Shown here piece by piece: positions 46,733 through 56,978 of a DNA stretch of 64,000 nucleotides. Below the pieces are notes generated by a model. The model made no database searches. It was not told the DNA's origin and saw nothing but the letters and a program-made list of their open reading frames with translations. Source of the DNA: Chitinophagaceae bacterium (GTDB lineage Bacteria; Bacteroidota; Bacteroidia; Chitinophagales; Chitinophagaceae); assembly GCA_019695015.1 (NCBI GenBank), contig JAIBAV010000067.1, positions 3,396 to 67,395 of the forward strand. The letters run 5' to 3'. The translations under genes were made by a program, and so were the position numbers. Positions within the stretch are counted from its first letter, which is position 1. Every line of letters begins with the position of its first letter.

Positions 46733-47245
46733 ATGGATAGCCCTATTGTAATTGCCTTTATTATTGCCATAGCTGTTTTTTTTATTGGTACACTTGTAGT
46801 ACCATATTTTAGAGATAAAAGAAAACAAAAAGCAAAAAATTCTACCAATAATATTGCCTCAAAGCAACTGCAATTACAAGCTTACGAAAGACTAATTTTA
46901 TTAACCGATAGAATTGCATTACCTAATTTAGTACCAAGATTATCGCAGCCTGGATTTACTGCAAAAGAAATGCAGTTATTTATTATTAATAATATTATTC
47001 AAGAATTTGAATATAATGTTACCCAACAAATGTATGTTAGCAATGATGCTTGGACTGCTGTAAAGAATTTAAAAGAACAAAATATTGGTATTACTAACCA
47101 AATAGGACAATTATTACCAGAAACTGCTACAGGATTAGATTTGTGTAGAGTATTAACCGAGTTTTTACTGAAAGATAAAAGAGGAACTTTACATGAATTA
47201 GTGAGTGAAGCAATAAGTTTTGAAGCCAAAAAAATTATGAAGTAA
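46733..47245 (+). CDS. hypothetical protein with N-terminal TM anchor
   Basis: 170 aa with no recognisable motif. A TAtaTTTG box lies upstream. Confidence 0.5.
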   Translation: MDSPIVIAFIIAIAVFFIGTLVVPYFRDKRKQKAKNSTNNIASKQLQLQAYERLILLTDRIALPNLVPRLSQPGFTAKEMQLFIINNIIQEFEYNVTQQMYVSNDAWTAVKNLKEQNIGITNQIGQLLPETATGLDLCRVLTEFLLKDKRGTLHELVSEAISFEAKKIMK

Positions 47246-47247
47246 GT

Positions 47248-47988
47248 TTAATTTTGGTTCCAAATTTTCCAATTTTCTTCTGCTTGAATGATTAGCATAT
47301 CGCTACCATTTTTTATTAACGCACCTTGCTGTTTTCCTAATTCTAAAAATTTTGTAACAGCAGGGTTGTACACTAAATCATATAAATAATTTGTTTTGTT
47401 AAGTAGGTTATACGGAATATTTGCACAATTATTTATAGCAGGAAAAGTACCTAATGGAGTAGTATTAATAATAATTTTATACTCTTCAACTATTTGTTCA
47501 TTAATTTCTTGATAAGAAATGGAAGGATATTGTTTTTCTTTATTTCTAGAAACAATTAAATAAGGAATTGCTAATTTTTGAAGTACGTATTTTACTGCTT
47601 TTGCTGCTCCTCCATTGCCAAGTATTAAGGCTTTTTGATGCTGAGGTTGAAGCAGTGATGTAAAAGATTTTTCGAAACCGATTATGTCTGTATTAAAACC
47701 ATATAATACATTATCTGTAATTTTTATACAATTACAAGCACTAATTGTTTCTACCTCTTTTGTAGCAAAATTTAAGAAAGGTAAAACAGCTTGTTTATAA
47801 GGTATTGTAACTGCTAACCCACATAAGTTTTTAGTAGTAGCAAGCAATTCTTTTAATTGATTAATATCAGTAAGCTCAAAATTTTTAAAATAATAATCGG
47901 GTAAATTCTCTTTTAGAAATTTATCTTCAAAGTATTTTTTTGACATAGAGTGAGAAAGAGAATTTCCAACTAAGCCAAATATTTTCAT
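47248..47988 (-). CDS. aroE: shikimate dehydrogenase
   Basis: 246 aa. Motifs SHSMSKKYF, VTIPYK and ILGNGGAAKAV. Confidence 0.85.
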   Translation of the reverse strand: MKIFGLVGNSLSHSMSKKYFEDKFLKENLPDYYFKNFELTDINQLKELLATTKNLCGLAVTIPYKQAVLPFLNFATKEVETISACNCIKITDNVLYGFNTDIIGFEKSFTSLLQPQHQKALILGNGGAAKAVKYVLQKLAIPYLIVSRNKEKQYPSISYQEINEQIVEEYKIIINTTPLGTFPAINNCANIPYNLLNKTNYLYDLVYNPAVTKFLELGKQQGALIKNGSDMLIIQAEENWKIWNQN

Positions 47989-48764
47989 TAATAAATTGCT
48001 TTTTCTTTATCTAAATATAATCTAAAAGTATCGCCACGTAAACCAACTCTCATAGCTTCTAATGCTAATATTTCTGTTGGTGCAATATTTCCTAAATTAA
48101 CATTACAACCAATTAGTTCTAAAAAGTATAGTTGCTGTGCTTTTTGTGGAGCTTCCCAAATAATTTTCTCACTTGGTATTTGAGTTAATATTTCTTGTAC
48201 TAATCCTTCTCTTACTTCTCCTGTACCTCTATAAATACCTACATTACCTGCTTCTCTTGCTTCGGCAATTACATAACTGCTACCAGCTTCTAATTCTGCT
48301 CTCATTAATTCAATCCATTTATATGGCGGAATAATATGTGTTGCATCTTTGCTACCTACTTCACTAAGTACGGTAGCATATTTAGTCATTTTTTCTATAT
48401 AACCACATTTTTCTGTATGGGGTATTGTAATGGAGCCATCACTAACTTCAATATAATCTATTTCATAATCTTTACAAATTGCTAAATAATCATCTATCTG
48501 GTTTCGTATTAAAAATGCTTCAAACAAAGTACCGCCAAAATAAACATGAATACCAGCAGCCTTATAGGTTTCTATTTTTTTTCTTAGGTTAGGAGTAACG
48601 TGTGAGGTTCCAAAACCTAGTTTAACTAAATCTACATGAGGAGTTGCTATCTCTAAAAAATTTTTTGCATCTGTTAACCCTAATCCTTTATCCATAACCA
48701 TTGTAAGTCCATTAGTTCTTGGCTTACTTGTACGATCAGGCATTTGTGTTAAATTAAAATTCAT
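47988..48764 (-). CDS. comA: (2R)-phospho-3-sulfolactate synthase family protein
   Basis: 258 aa. The N-terminal RTSKPRTNGLTMVMDKGLGL and DLVKLGFGTS are typical of the ComA family. TAATG overlap with aroE. Confidence 0.65.
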   Translation of the reverse strand: MNFNLTQMPDRTSKPRTNGLTMVMDKGLGLTDAKNFLEIATPHVDLVKLGFGTSHVTPNLRKKIETYKAAGIHVYFGGTLFEAFLIRNQIDDYLAICKDYEIDYIEVSDGSITIPHTEKCGYIEKMTKYATVLSEVGSKDATHIIPPYKWIELMRAELEAGSSYVIAEAREAGNVGIYRGTGEVREGLVQEILTQIPSEKIIWEAPQKAQQLYFLELIGCNVNLGNIAPTEILALEAMRVGLRGDTFRLYLDKEKAIY

Positions 48765-48874
48765 TAGTTTTTATTTTTTATAACTTTTGCAAAAGTAAGC
48801 TTATGCGTAAAACTAATTTGTATAAATTATAGGAATAAAATGGATGAGTGCTAAATTGGTATTTTTTAAAAAAA

Positions 48875-50296
48875 TTATTTATTGTACTTTTTATATTTTG
48901 CAACAATATCAACTACATCATTATTTTGAAGAATTGCTGGATTTAATTCTATAAACTTTTTCAATAATTTAGGAGCCTTTTCCATTGCTTTTTCTAATTG
49001 TAATAAACCTTCTTTAGTTTTACCAACTTTTAAAAGTGCTGTGCTGTAATAAAAAATAAATATGGGTTTGTTTTCGGTAATTTTTAATGCAGCTTTGCAT
49101 TGTTCTATTGCTTCATCATAAAATGTTGCTTTAAATAAGCAGCGTATTAGAGCTTCCCATCCTGCTATTTTTTTTGGTTTGTTATTTACTACAATGCTAA
49201 AGTAAACCACTGCATCTTTAAACAAGTTTAACTTCATTTTACACTCTCCCATAGCTAAGTTATACTCTGGCACATTTTTATGTATTTGCAATGCTTGCTC
49301 AAGCTGCTTAATAGCTTGTTGCCATTGGTTTTCTGCCATGTAAGTGGTAGCTATTTTATAGTATAATTTACTATCGTCGGGGTTTAAGTGTACTGCTTTT
49401 TTGTAATGAAACCTTGCCTGGCCAGTATTACCCATTCTATGATACGAATGGCCAATTGCTTCATAAATAACATCTTCTGGTCTGGTTAATTCTAAAACTT
49501 TTTCTAATACCTCAATGGCTTCTCTATATTTTTTTAATCGCAAATATGCATCTCCCATATTTCTATATGCATAATCAAACTTTTCATCAATTACTATTGC
49601 AAACTGATAAGCATCTATGGCTTTTTCATACAACTTTAAACCTTGATAAGCTGCTGCAAGGTTAAACCAAGCAATTTCGTTGTAGGGAAAATCGTCAATA
49701 ATTTTTTTGTATAAATTAATGCTTTCTTCATTTCTTCCTGTAAAATCTGTCCAGAAACAAATTTTATATAAAGCCTCTTCGTTATTAGGGTCTTCCTCTA
49801 AAATAAGTTTTAAGCAATCATATACTTTATCAAATTCTTCAAAATCATCATATACATCTGCAAGTTCAAACAACAAATCTAACTTTTCATTGCCCTCAAA
49901 AAGTTGTAAAGCTTCTGCTAAAACTTCAACTGCTTCTTCTTGTTTATCTAAAGCTAAAAGAGCATCTGTTCTTAAAATGTATAATCCAATATCTGTGCTA
50001 TCGTAAAGGGCAGCCTGATTTAAAATTTCTAAGGCTTCAATATATTTTTTGGTTGCTATTAATAAATCGGCCTTTCTTAATAAAAGAGTAGAGGAGTAAG
50101 GGAATTGGCTAATACTTATTTCTGCTGCTTCTAATGCTTCGTTAATATTATTATTGTCATCAAAGTAATCTATAATACGTTCAAAATCTTCTTCCTCTAT
50201 AAAAGGATGATTTCTTCCATTCTTAAGGTTATGATAATGCATTAATAATGCATTCATTGCCTCCCTGTCTTCGTGTGAATGATTTTGATCTTTCAT
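48875..50296 (-). CDS. tetratricopeptide-repeat protein
   Basis: 473 aa with many 34-residue A/Y/L-pattern repeats (for example AWFNLAAAYQGLKLYEKAIDAYQFAI). Confidence 0.8.
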   Translation of the reverse strand: MKDQNHSHEDREAMNALLMHYHNLKNGRNHPFIEEEDFERIIDYFDDNNNINEALEAAEISISQFPYSSTLLLRKADLLIATKKYIEALEILNQAALYDSTDIGLYILRTDALLALDKQEEAVEVLAEALQLFEGNEKLDLLFELADVYDDFEEFDKVYDCLKLILEEDPNNEEALYKICFWTDFTGRNEESINLYKKIIDDFPYNEIAWFNLAAAYQGLKLYEKAIDAYQFAIVIDEKFDYAYRNMGDAYLRLKKYREAIEVLEKVLELTRPEDVIYEAIGHSYHRMGNTGQARFHYKKAVHLNPDDSKLYYKIATTYMAENQWQQAIKQLEQALQIHKNVPEYNLAMGECKMKLNLFKDAVVYFSIVVNNKPKKIAGWEALIRCLFKATFYDEAIEQCKAALKITENKPIFIFYYSTALLKVGKTKEGLLQLEKAMEKAPKLLKKFIELNPAILQNNDVVDIVAKYKKYNK

Positions 50297-50426
50297 TATA
50301 AAATGAATAACTAAATTAAATATAGGAAAAAAAATTTAATCTAATATGTAACTTTTTATACTTTTCAACGTCTTGTTAATAACATAAAATTTGTTAAATA
50401 TTTTTAAAATAACTATTTTTGTAAAA

Positions 50427-50771
50427 ATGTTTAGAATTAAGAACATACAAAAGATATCAGTTGCTGTGGTTTTACTACTTGCAGTACAAGTATTGTATGC
50501 AACTAACATTTTTTCTGGCGGCATTGAGCGTAAGAATGAAGTAAGTAAATATTCTCTAAAAAACCTTAGCCGCTATAACAATAAAACTTTAACTTTAAGT
50601 ACTGCAAAGTATAGTTATAAATTAAAATCTACTTTACTAAATAACAATTCTACTTTAAATAATTCTCGTTCATCTATTTTGCTTTCTAATGGCAATACTA
50701 CTTTTATATATCCTTATAAATCTAAAGTAAAAGTGCCTAAATTTAAAACACCTTCTCCTACAAAGTTTTAA
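50427..50771 (+). CDS. small secreted hypothetical protein
   Basis: Signal peptide MFRIKNIQKISVAVVLLLAVQVLYA followed by an N/S/K-rich body. Start moved to the internal ATG that begins the signal peptide. Confidence 0.4.
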   Translation: MFRIKNIQKISVAVVLLLAVQVLYATNIFSGGIERKNEVSKYSLKNLSRYNNKTLTLSTAKYSYKLKSTLLNNNSTLNNSRSSILLSNGNTTFIYPYKSKVKVPKFKTPSPTKF

Positions 50772-50950
50772 TTAATTAACTTCTTTCTTTTTTTCTTAAT
50801 TCGTGTATTATTATTTCTGCATATAAAATAATATTTTATTTTTTTGCGTTTATAAACCCGTTACATCAAAATATTTATCCCTAAATTTTATTCCTTACTT
50901 TTCATTTCCTTTAATTTCGGGTACGTTTAAAAAATTGATTATATATATTT

Positions 50951-52171
50951 ATGCAAATACCATTTTCTCCGCCTTTTATCAATGAAAATATTGAGTTAGA
51001 AGTTTTAGATGCTTTAAGAAGTGGTTGGATAACTTCAGGACCAAAAGTTAAAGCCTTAGAGCAAGAGGTTTGTAATTATACTAATGCTGAAGCATGTTTG
51101 TGTGTAAACTCTGCCACATCGGCAATGATGCTTGTTTTGCATTGGTATGGCGTTAAAAAAGGCGATGAAGTAATTGTGCCTGCATATACTTATTGTGCTA
51201 CTGCTTTAGCTGTGATGCACTTGGGTGCAACACCAATAATGGTAGATGTTGAAGATGATTTTAATATCTCAGTTTCAAAAATTAAATTGGCAATTAGTAG
51301 CAGAACAAAAGCAATAATGCCTGTTGATTTTGCCGGATGGCCTTGCAATTATTCTGAAATAAATAAATTAATTAATGAGCCAGAAATAAAGCAAAAATTT
51401 AAAGCCGAAACTGAGCAACAAAAAAAGTTACAAAGAATTTTAGTGTTAAGCGATGCTGCACACTCTTTTGGTGCTGTGTATAATAATAAAAAATTAGGAA
51501 CTGCTGCTGATATTACTATTTTTTCTTTTCATGCAGTAAAAAACTTAACTACTGCCGAGGGTGGAGCTATTTGTTTAAACCTTCCTTTACCATTTAATAA
51601 TAATGATGTTTATGCAACCTTAAGGCTTTGGAGTTTAAACGGACAAACAAAAGATGCATTCTCTAAGTCTAAAGCTGGTAGCTGGAGATATGATATTGTT
51701 TACCCTGGCTTTAAGATGAATTTGCCAGATGTTTTGGCTGCTATTGGCTTAGCTCAAATTAAAGAATATAACGAAGTATTATTGAAGGAAAGAAAAAGAG
51801 TTTTTGATTTTTATTCCAAAACATTTTCTAACTATTCATGGGCAATGTTACCACCTTATGATGTACCTAATGCTTCTTCTAGTTATCATTTATACCCCTT
51901 AAGAATAAAAGATATAAATGAAGAGCAAAGAGATAGAATTATTGAAAAAATTGCCGAAACAGGCGTTGCTGTAAATGTCCATTTTCAACCATTACCTTTA
52001 TTAACTGTTTTTAAGCAAATGGGCTACGATATTAATAATTTTCCTTCGGCATATAATAACTACAAAGCAGAAATCTCTTTACCAATTTATCCTCAGTTAA
52101 ACAATAATAAATGCACCTACATCGTTGATAATGTGGTGAATGCAATAAAAGAAGTTTTAATAAATGGATAG
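50951..52171 (+). CDS. DegT/DnrJ/EryC1-family sugar aminotransferase (PglE-like)
   Basis: 406 aa with the PLP-lysine context SFHAVKNLTTAEGG. Confidence 0.85.
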   Translation: MQIPFSPPFINENIELEVLDALRSGWITSGPKVKALEQEVCNYTNAEACLCVNSATSAMMLVLHWYGVKKGDEVIVPAYTYCATALAVMHLGATPIMVDVEDDFNISVSKIKLAISSRTKAIMPVDFAGWPCNYSEINKLINEPEIKQKFKAETEQQKKLQRILVLSDAAHSFGAVYNNKKLGTAADITIFSFHAVKNLTTAEGGAICLNLPLPFNNNDVYATLRLWSLNGQTKDAFSKSKAGSWRYDIVYPGFKMNLPDVLAAIGLAQIKEYNEVLLKERKRVFDFYSKTFSNYSWAMLPPYDVPNASSSYHLYPLRIKDINEEQRDRIIEKIAETGVAVNVHFQPLPLLTVFKQMGYDINNFPSAYNNYKAEISLPIYPQLNNNKCTYIVDNVVNAIKEVLING

Positions 52172-52763
52172 TATCAGACTATTGGATATACTTTTTTCTA
52201 TCATAGGAATAATAATATTGCTACCACTATTCATTCTAATTGCTCTTTGTATTAAACTTACTTCTAAAGGAAGTATTATTTTTAAACAAGTTAGAGTTGG
52301 GAAAAATAATACCGATTTTAAATTACTTAAATTTAGAACGATGGTAGCTTTTGCAGAAGCAAAAGGACAACTTACAGTTGGTGGAAAAGATAATAGAATT
52401 ACCGCAATTGGTTACTATTTACGAAAATTTAAACTAGACGAATTACCACAATTAATAAATGTATTAATGGGGCAAATGAGTTTGGTGGGACCAAGACCAG
52501 AAGTTAGAAAATATGTGGCCCTTTATTCTGAGCAGCAAATTGAAATATTAAAAGTATTACCAGGTATTACAGATTTCGCCTCCATTGAATTTAGAAATGA
52601 AAACGAATTATTGGCAAATGCTATCCATCCGGAAGAGTTTTATATTAAGGAAATAATGCCTAAAAAAATAGAACTTAATAAAAAATTTATTAAAGATAGA
52701 ACAATCTATAATTATTTTTTAATACTTTTTAAAACTGTATTTACAGCTATAAAAGGCAAATAA
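52164..52763 (+). CDS. polyprenyl-phosphate sugar-phosphate transferase (small PglC/WbaP-C type)
   Basis: 199 aa with one re-entrant helix. Motifs LLKFRTM and LDELPQLINVLMGQMSLVGPRP. 8-nt overlap with the aminotransferase gene. Confidence 0.88.
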   Translation: MDSIRLLDILFSIIGIIILLPLFILIALCIKLTSKGSIIFKQVRVGKNNTDFKLLKFRTMVAFAEAKGQLTVGGKDNRITAIGYYLRKFKLDELPQLINVLMGQMSLVGPRPEVRKYVALYSEQQIEILKVLPGITDFASIEFRNENELLANAIHPEEFYIKEIMPKKIELNKKFIKDRTIYNYFLILFKTVFTAIKGK

Positions 52764-52978
52764 TAAATAACAACATAATACATAGAGTTTGTACTATGGT
52801 AGATTGCATGTTAAGTAAGATTAGTTTACGTTTTAAAAAACAAGAGTGTTATAAAATTTTAAACTATATTTGTATTGGCTTAAATCCATCTTATTTTACT
52901 TGCCTTCTAAGAAAAACACTTTAGTACATCCAATATTTATAAAAAAAAATCGTTATTAAAGCAAAACGTACTTAATAA

Positions 52979-54949
52979 GTGAAACATTTGAGGAAATTTT
53001 TATTAAAAAACAGAATTGCACCCAAGTGGGCAGTTTTTGGCTTAGATATGCTTATTGCCTGTTTTGCCATTGTATATGCCAACTATTTACGTTTTAATTT
53101 CGATTTTCAGTTTATTACTTTAAATGATTTAATAGATGATTTAGTTATTGTTATTGTAACTAATAGCATATTGTTTTATATCTTTAAAACCTTTCATGGT
53201 ATTATAAGATTCTCTGGTTTTCAAGAGGCATTTAGAAGTATTGCAGCTATTTTTTATTCTTTCTTTATCATGATTGTAATGAATGTAATTTTAAGTTCAT
53301 TACAATTGCCACAGTTTACACCCATTTCAGTTTTATTTATTTACTTTTTTATTGCTTCCTTTTTATTATTTGGATATAGGTTATTGGTAAAACATTTATA
53401 TAGTATAAGTATTAATAACGAAGAGGACACACATGTAGTTATTTACGGTGCTGGGCAAAATGGATCATTATTAAAGAAAACAATAGAACAAACTTCAAAT
53501 AACAGGTATAAAATTGTAGCATTTATAGATGACGAAGAAGATTTGATAGGTAAAACAATTGATACTGTAAAAATTTATCCTGTTAGTCATTTACAAATGA
53601 CGTTTAAGAATTGGCAAATTAAAACCTTATTTTTTGCCAAGCAAGATTTTGACTTAGACGAAAAAAATAAAATAGTTGATTATTGTTTAGAGAGCAATGT
53701 GAAAGTAATGAACATTCCACCTATGAAGGAGTGGATTCAAGGGCATTTAAACGTCAATCAACTTAAAGAAGTAAAAATTGAAGAACTTTTAGGCCGCAAG
53801 CAAATTAGCTTAAGAAATGAACATGTTATTAATCATTTAAGAGATAAAAAAATATTAATAACGGGTGCTGCAGGTTCTATTGGAAGTGAGTTAGCACGCC
53901 AAATTGCTAGTGTTTATCCTTCCTCCTTAATTTTATGCGATCAAACTGAAACTGGCTTATATGAATTAGAATATGAGTTACAACAAAAATATAGTATTGG
54001 CAATGCACTAAAAGTATATTTAGGAGATGTAAAAGATAAATGCTCTATGCAGAATTTATTTTCCAACTATTCTCCAGAAGTTGTATTTCATGCTGCTGCC
54101 TACAAACATGTACCAATGATGGAAAATCATCCATCAGAAGCTATTAGAAATAATGTTTTAGGCACTAAAACAGTGGCAGATTTTGCTGAACAATTTGGGG
54201 TAGATACAATGGTGTTGGTTTCAACAGATAAGGCTATCAATCCAACCAATGTAATGGGGGCATCTAAAAGAATTGCAGAAATGTATTGCCAGGCTTTACA
54301 AAATAGGAGCGAGCTACCAATATGGGATAGTGGAATTGTAAAAATGGGTAACCACCAGTTAAAAAGAACAAAATTTATAACAACAAGATTTGGAAATGTA
54401 TTAGGCTCTAATGGTTCTGTAATTCCACGTTTTCAAGAGCAAATAACTAATGGAGGCCCAGTAACTGTAACACATCCAGATATTATTAGATATTTTATGA
54501 CCATACCAGAAGCTTGCTCTTTAGTGTTAGAAGCAGGTACAATGGGCAAAGGTGGCGAAGTGTTTTTATTTGATATGGGAGAACCCATTAGAATTTTAGA
54601 TTTGGCTAAAAAAATGATTCGATTAGCTGGTTTAACACCAGGTAAGGACATTGAACTAAGATTTACTGGTTTAAGACCTGGAGAAAAACTATTTGAAGAA
54701 TTATTGAATAAAGAAGAAGAAGTAATTCCGACACATAACAAGAAAATTTTAATTGCTAAAGTAATAGAGTTTGAATTTTCTAAAGTTTCTGAAAGCATTA
54801 ATATGCTTATAAGTTTAGCAAACCAAAACCAAGATGAAGATGTTGTTAAACAAATGAAATTTATAGTTCCTGAGTTTATTAGTAATAACTCTATTTATGA
54901 AAGCATAGATGCACAAATGTTTAAACCTTTATATTCTGCTATTAGGTAA
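52979..54949 (+). CDS. membrane-anchored UDP-GlcNAc 4,6-dehydratase (CapD/PglF type)
   Basis: 656 aa with 4 N-terminal TM segments. SDR motifs ITGAAGSIGSEL and AAAYKHVP. GTG start. Confidence 0.85.
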   Translation: MKHLRKFLLKNRIAPKWAVFGLDMLIACFAIVYANYLRFNFDFQFITLNDLIDDLVIVIVTNSILFYIFKTFHGIIRFSGFQEAFRSIAAIFYSFFIMIVMNVILSSLQLPQFTPISVLFIYFFIASFLLFGYRLLVKHLYSISINNEEDTHVVIYGAGQNGSLLKKTIEQTSNNRYKIVAFIDDEEDLIGKTIDTVKIYPVSHLQMTFKNWQIKTLFFAKQDFDLDEKNKIVDYCLESNVKVMNIPPMKEWIQGHLNVNQLKEVKIEELLGRKQISLRNEHVINHLRDKKILITGAAGSIGSELARQIASVYPSSLILCDQTETGLYELEYELQQKYSIGNALKVYLGDVKDKCSMQNLFSNYSPEVVFHAAAYKHVPMMENHPSEAIRNNVLGTKTVADFAEQFGVDTMVLVSTDKAINPTNVMGASKRIAEMYCQALQNRSELPIWDSGIVKMGNHQLKRTKFITTRFGNVLGSNGSVIPRFQEQITNGGPVTVTHPDIIRYFMTIPEACSLVLEAGTMGKGGEVFLFDMGEPIRILDLAKKMIRLAGLTPGKDIELRFTGLRPGEKLFEELLNKEEEVIPTHNKKILIAKVIEFEFSKVSESINMLISLANQNQDEDVVKQMKFIVPEFISNNSIYESIDAQMFKPLYSAIR

Positions 54950-54958
54950 ATTTGCTGC

Positions 54959-55699
54959 ATGTTTGGATTGTTCAAAAAAAATAAAACACACCCCGATTTA
55001 TCGTTTATTGGTGTTGATATGCACTCTCATCTACTTCCTGGGTTAGATGATGGTTTAAAAACTATAGAAGATACCATTGCATTTGTACAAGAGTTAAATA
55101 CTTTGGGTTATGAAAAATTAATTTGCACTCCTCATATTTTATCTGCAGTGCACCCCAATACCCCACAAACTATTTTACCAAAATTAGAAGAAGTACAAAA
55201 AGCAGTTAAAGAAAAAAATATTAAAATACAAATTGAAGCAGCCGCAGAATATATGGTTGATCACGAATTTGAGCAACTAATAAAAAGCGGTAATAAGCTT
55301 TTAACTTTTGGTACTAATTTTATATTGATTGAAATGTCCTATTTAGCACCCTCTCCAAACTTAGGGCAAGTTATTTTTGATTTACGTTTAGCAGGTTTGC
55401 AACCTATTTTAGCACACCCAGAAAGATATAATTATTATCACCATCAGTTTCATGAGTTTAAAAAAATAAAAGATACTGGCTGTTGGTTTCAAGTAAATAT
55501 GTTATCGTTGGCTGGCTATTATGGCAAACACATAAAAAAAACAGCAGAAAAACTAATTGCCGAAGGTATGATAGATTTAATTGGTACCGATATGCACCAT
55601 CAAAATCATTTACATGCAACAAAACAATTGGCATTGAGTAACTACTTCTATAAAATTTTAAAAGATGTGCCCTTAAAAAATAGAATGTTTCTTGATTAA
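54959..55699 (+). CDS. PHP-domain protein-tyrosine phosphatase (CpsB/CapC type)
   Basis: 246 aa. Motifs VDMHSHLLPGLDDG, TPH, AHPERY and GTDMHH. Confidence 0.85.
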   Translation: MFGLFKKNKTHPDLSFIGVDMHSHLLPGLDDGLKTIEDTIAFVQELNTLGYEKLICTPHILSAVHPNTPQTILPKLEEVQKAVKEKNIKIQIEAAAEYMVDHEFEQLIKSGNKLLTFGTNFILIEMSYLAPSPNLGQVIFDLRLAGLQPILAHPERYNYYHHQFHEFKKIKDTGCWFQVNMLSLAGYYGKHIKKTAEKLIAEGMIDLIGTDMHHQNHLHATKQLALSNYFYKILKDVPLKNRMFLD

Positions 55700-55741
55700 A
55701 GTTTTATTTATTTGCCTCTAAATTTAACGTCATCATTTAAA

Positions 55742-56968
55742 ATGCTACAAACAGATATTTGCATTATTGGAGCAGGCCCAGCAGGTGCTACAACTTCTTT
55801 GTTTTTATCAAAAATGCAAATACCGCATATAATTGTAGATGCTTCTGTTTTTCCTAGAGATAAAATTTGTGGAGATGCTCTAGACCTTAAAGTAATGCGT
55901 ATTTTAAATTGCTTAGAGAATGATTTTGTAAAAAATGAAATACTGCATAACCATAATTTCTCTAAAACATACGGTGTAAAAATTAATATTTCAGAAAATA
56001 AAAAGCCATTATTACAATACAAACCAAAACCAAACGAACACCAATTTCCTTACTTTTTCTTTAGTAAACGAAGATACTTTGATAATTTTTTAGCAGAAAG
56101 AATACCTTCCAAATATGCTACCTTTTTGCAGGGTACAAAAGTGGAAAAAATTGAACATACAGAAGAAGGTAAAATTATTTATACCAATAATGTAAAGGAG
56201 GCAAACAAAATTAAAGCCAAATTAATTGTTGGTGCCGATGGCGACCACTCAGTAGTTTTAAGAAGTTTGGGAGAAAGAAGTGTTAACAGAGAACATTATG
56301 CTGGAGGTTTAAGACAGTATTGGAAAGGTATAGAAGGTATATCTTCAGAAGATAATTTTTTAGAATTGTATTTACCTAAAAGCTTACCATTAGCTTATTT
56401 ATGGATTTTTCCGTTACCAAATGGTGAAGCCAATGTTGGTTGTGGGTTGCTGAGCAGCTTAATACAAAAAAATAACGTAAACCTTAAAAACCTTTTGCAG
56501 GATATTATTACTAAAGACCCTGTTTTAGCTTATAGATTTAGAAATGCAGTACCATTAGAGAAACCAATGGGTTGGGGCTTACCTATGGCAACCTTAAAAA
56601 GAAAAGCAAGTGGTAATGGTTGGTTACTTACAGGCGATGCAGCTTCGTTAATTAATCCTTTAACAGGAGAAGGAATTGGTCCAGGAATGATGAGTGGGTA
56701 TATTGCTGCACACTTTATTCAGCGTGCTGTAAAACAAAATAATTTTTCTGAGAAATTATTTAAAAATTATGATAGAGAAATAAATAGAAGGCTAGAAAAA
56801 AGTATAACAAACTTCAATCTAATAAAAAAAGTATCTCCTTTAATTTATAATTTTTTTATAAATGTGGTAGCTCCACATCCTTTATGTCGTTTATATTTTC
56901 AAAGAAATGTAGGTAAATGGATAAAAACTGCTTATGATAATAAGCCTATAAAAATAAAATTCGATTGA
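55742..56968 (+). CDS. geranylgeranyl-reductase-family FAD-dependent oxidoreductase
   Basis: Rossmann motif DICIIGAGPAGA, plus GADGDHS and GDAASLINPLTGEGI. Start trimmed to the first ATG. Confidence 0.8.
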   Translation: MLQTDICIIGAGPAGATTSLFLSKMQIPHIIVDASVFPRDKICGDALDLKVMRILNCLENDFVKNEILHNHNFSKTYGVKINISENKKPLLQYKPKPNEHQFPYFFFSKRRYFDNFLAERIPSKYATFLQGTKVEKIEHTEEGKIIYTNNVKEANKIKAKLIVGADGDHSVVLRSLGERSVNREHYAGGLRQYWKGIEGISSEDNFLELYLPKSLPLAYLWIFPLPNGEANVGCGLLSSLIQKNNVNLKNLLQDIITKDPVLAYRFRNAVPLEKPMGWGLPMATLKRKASGNGWLLTGDAASLINPLTGEGIGPGMMSGYIAAHFIQRAVKQNNFSEKLFKNYDREINRRLEKSITNFNLIKKVSPLIYNFFINVVAPHPLCRLYFQRNVGKWIKTAYDNKPIKIKFD

Positions 56969-56978
56969 AGATAAAATT

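Noticed and set aside
55708-56022. 104-aa minus-strand ORF; similar antisense ORFs at 59746..60060, 12420..12725, 16638..16985 and 54433..54798
   Set aside because: All are fully embedded antisense to strongly supported genes and show no motifs. Long antisense ORFs are expected in AT-rich genomes with skewed codon usage.
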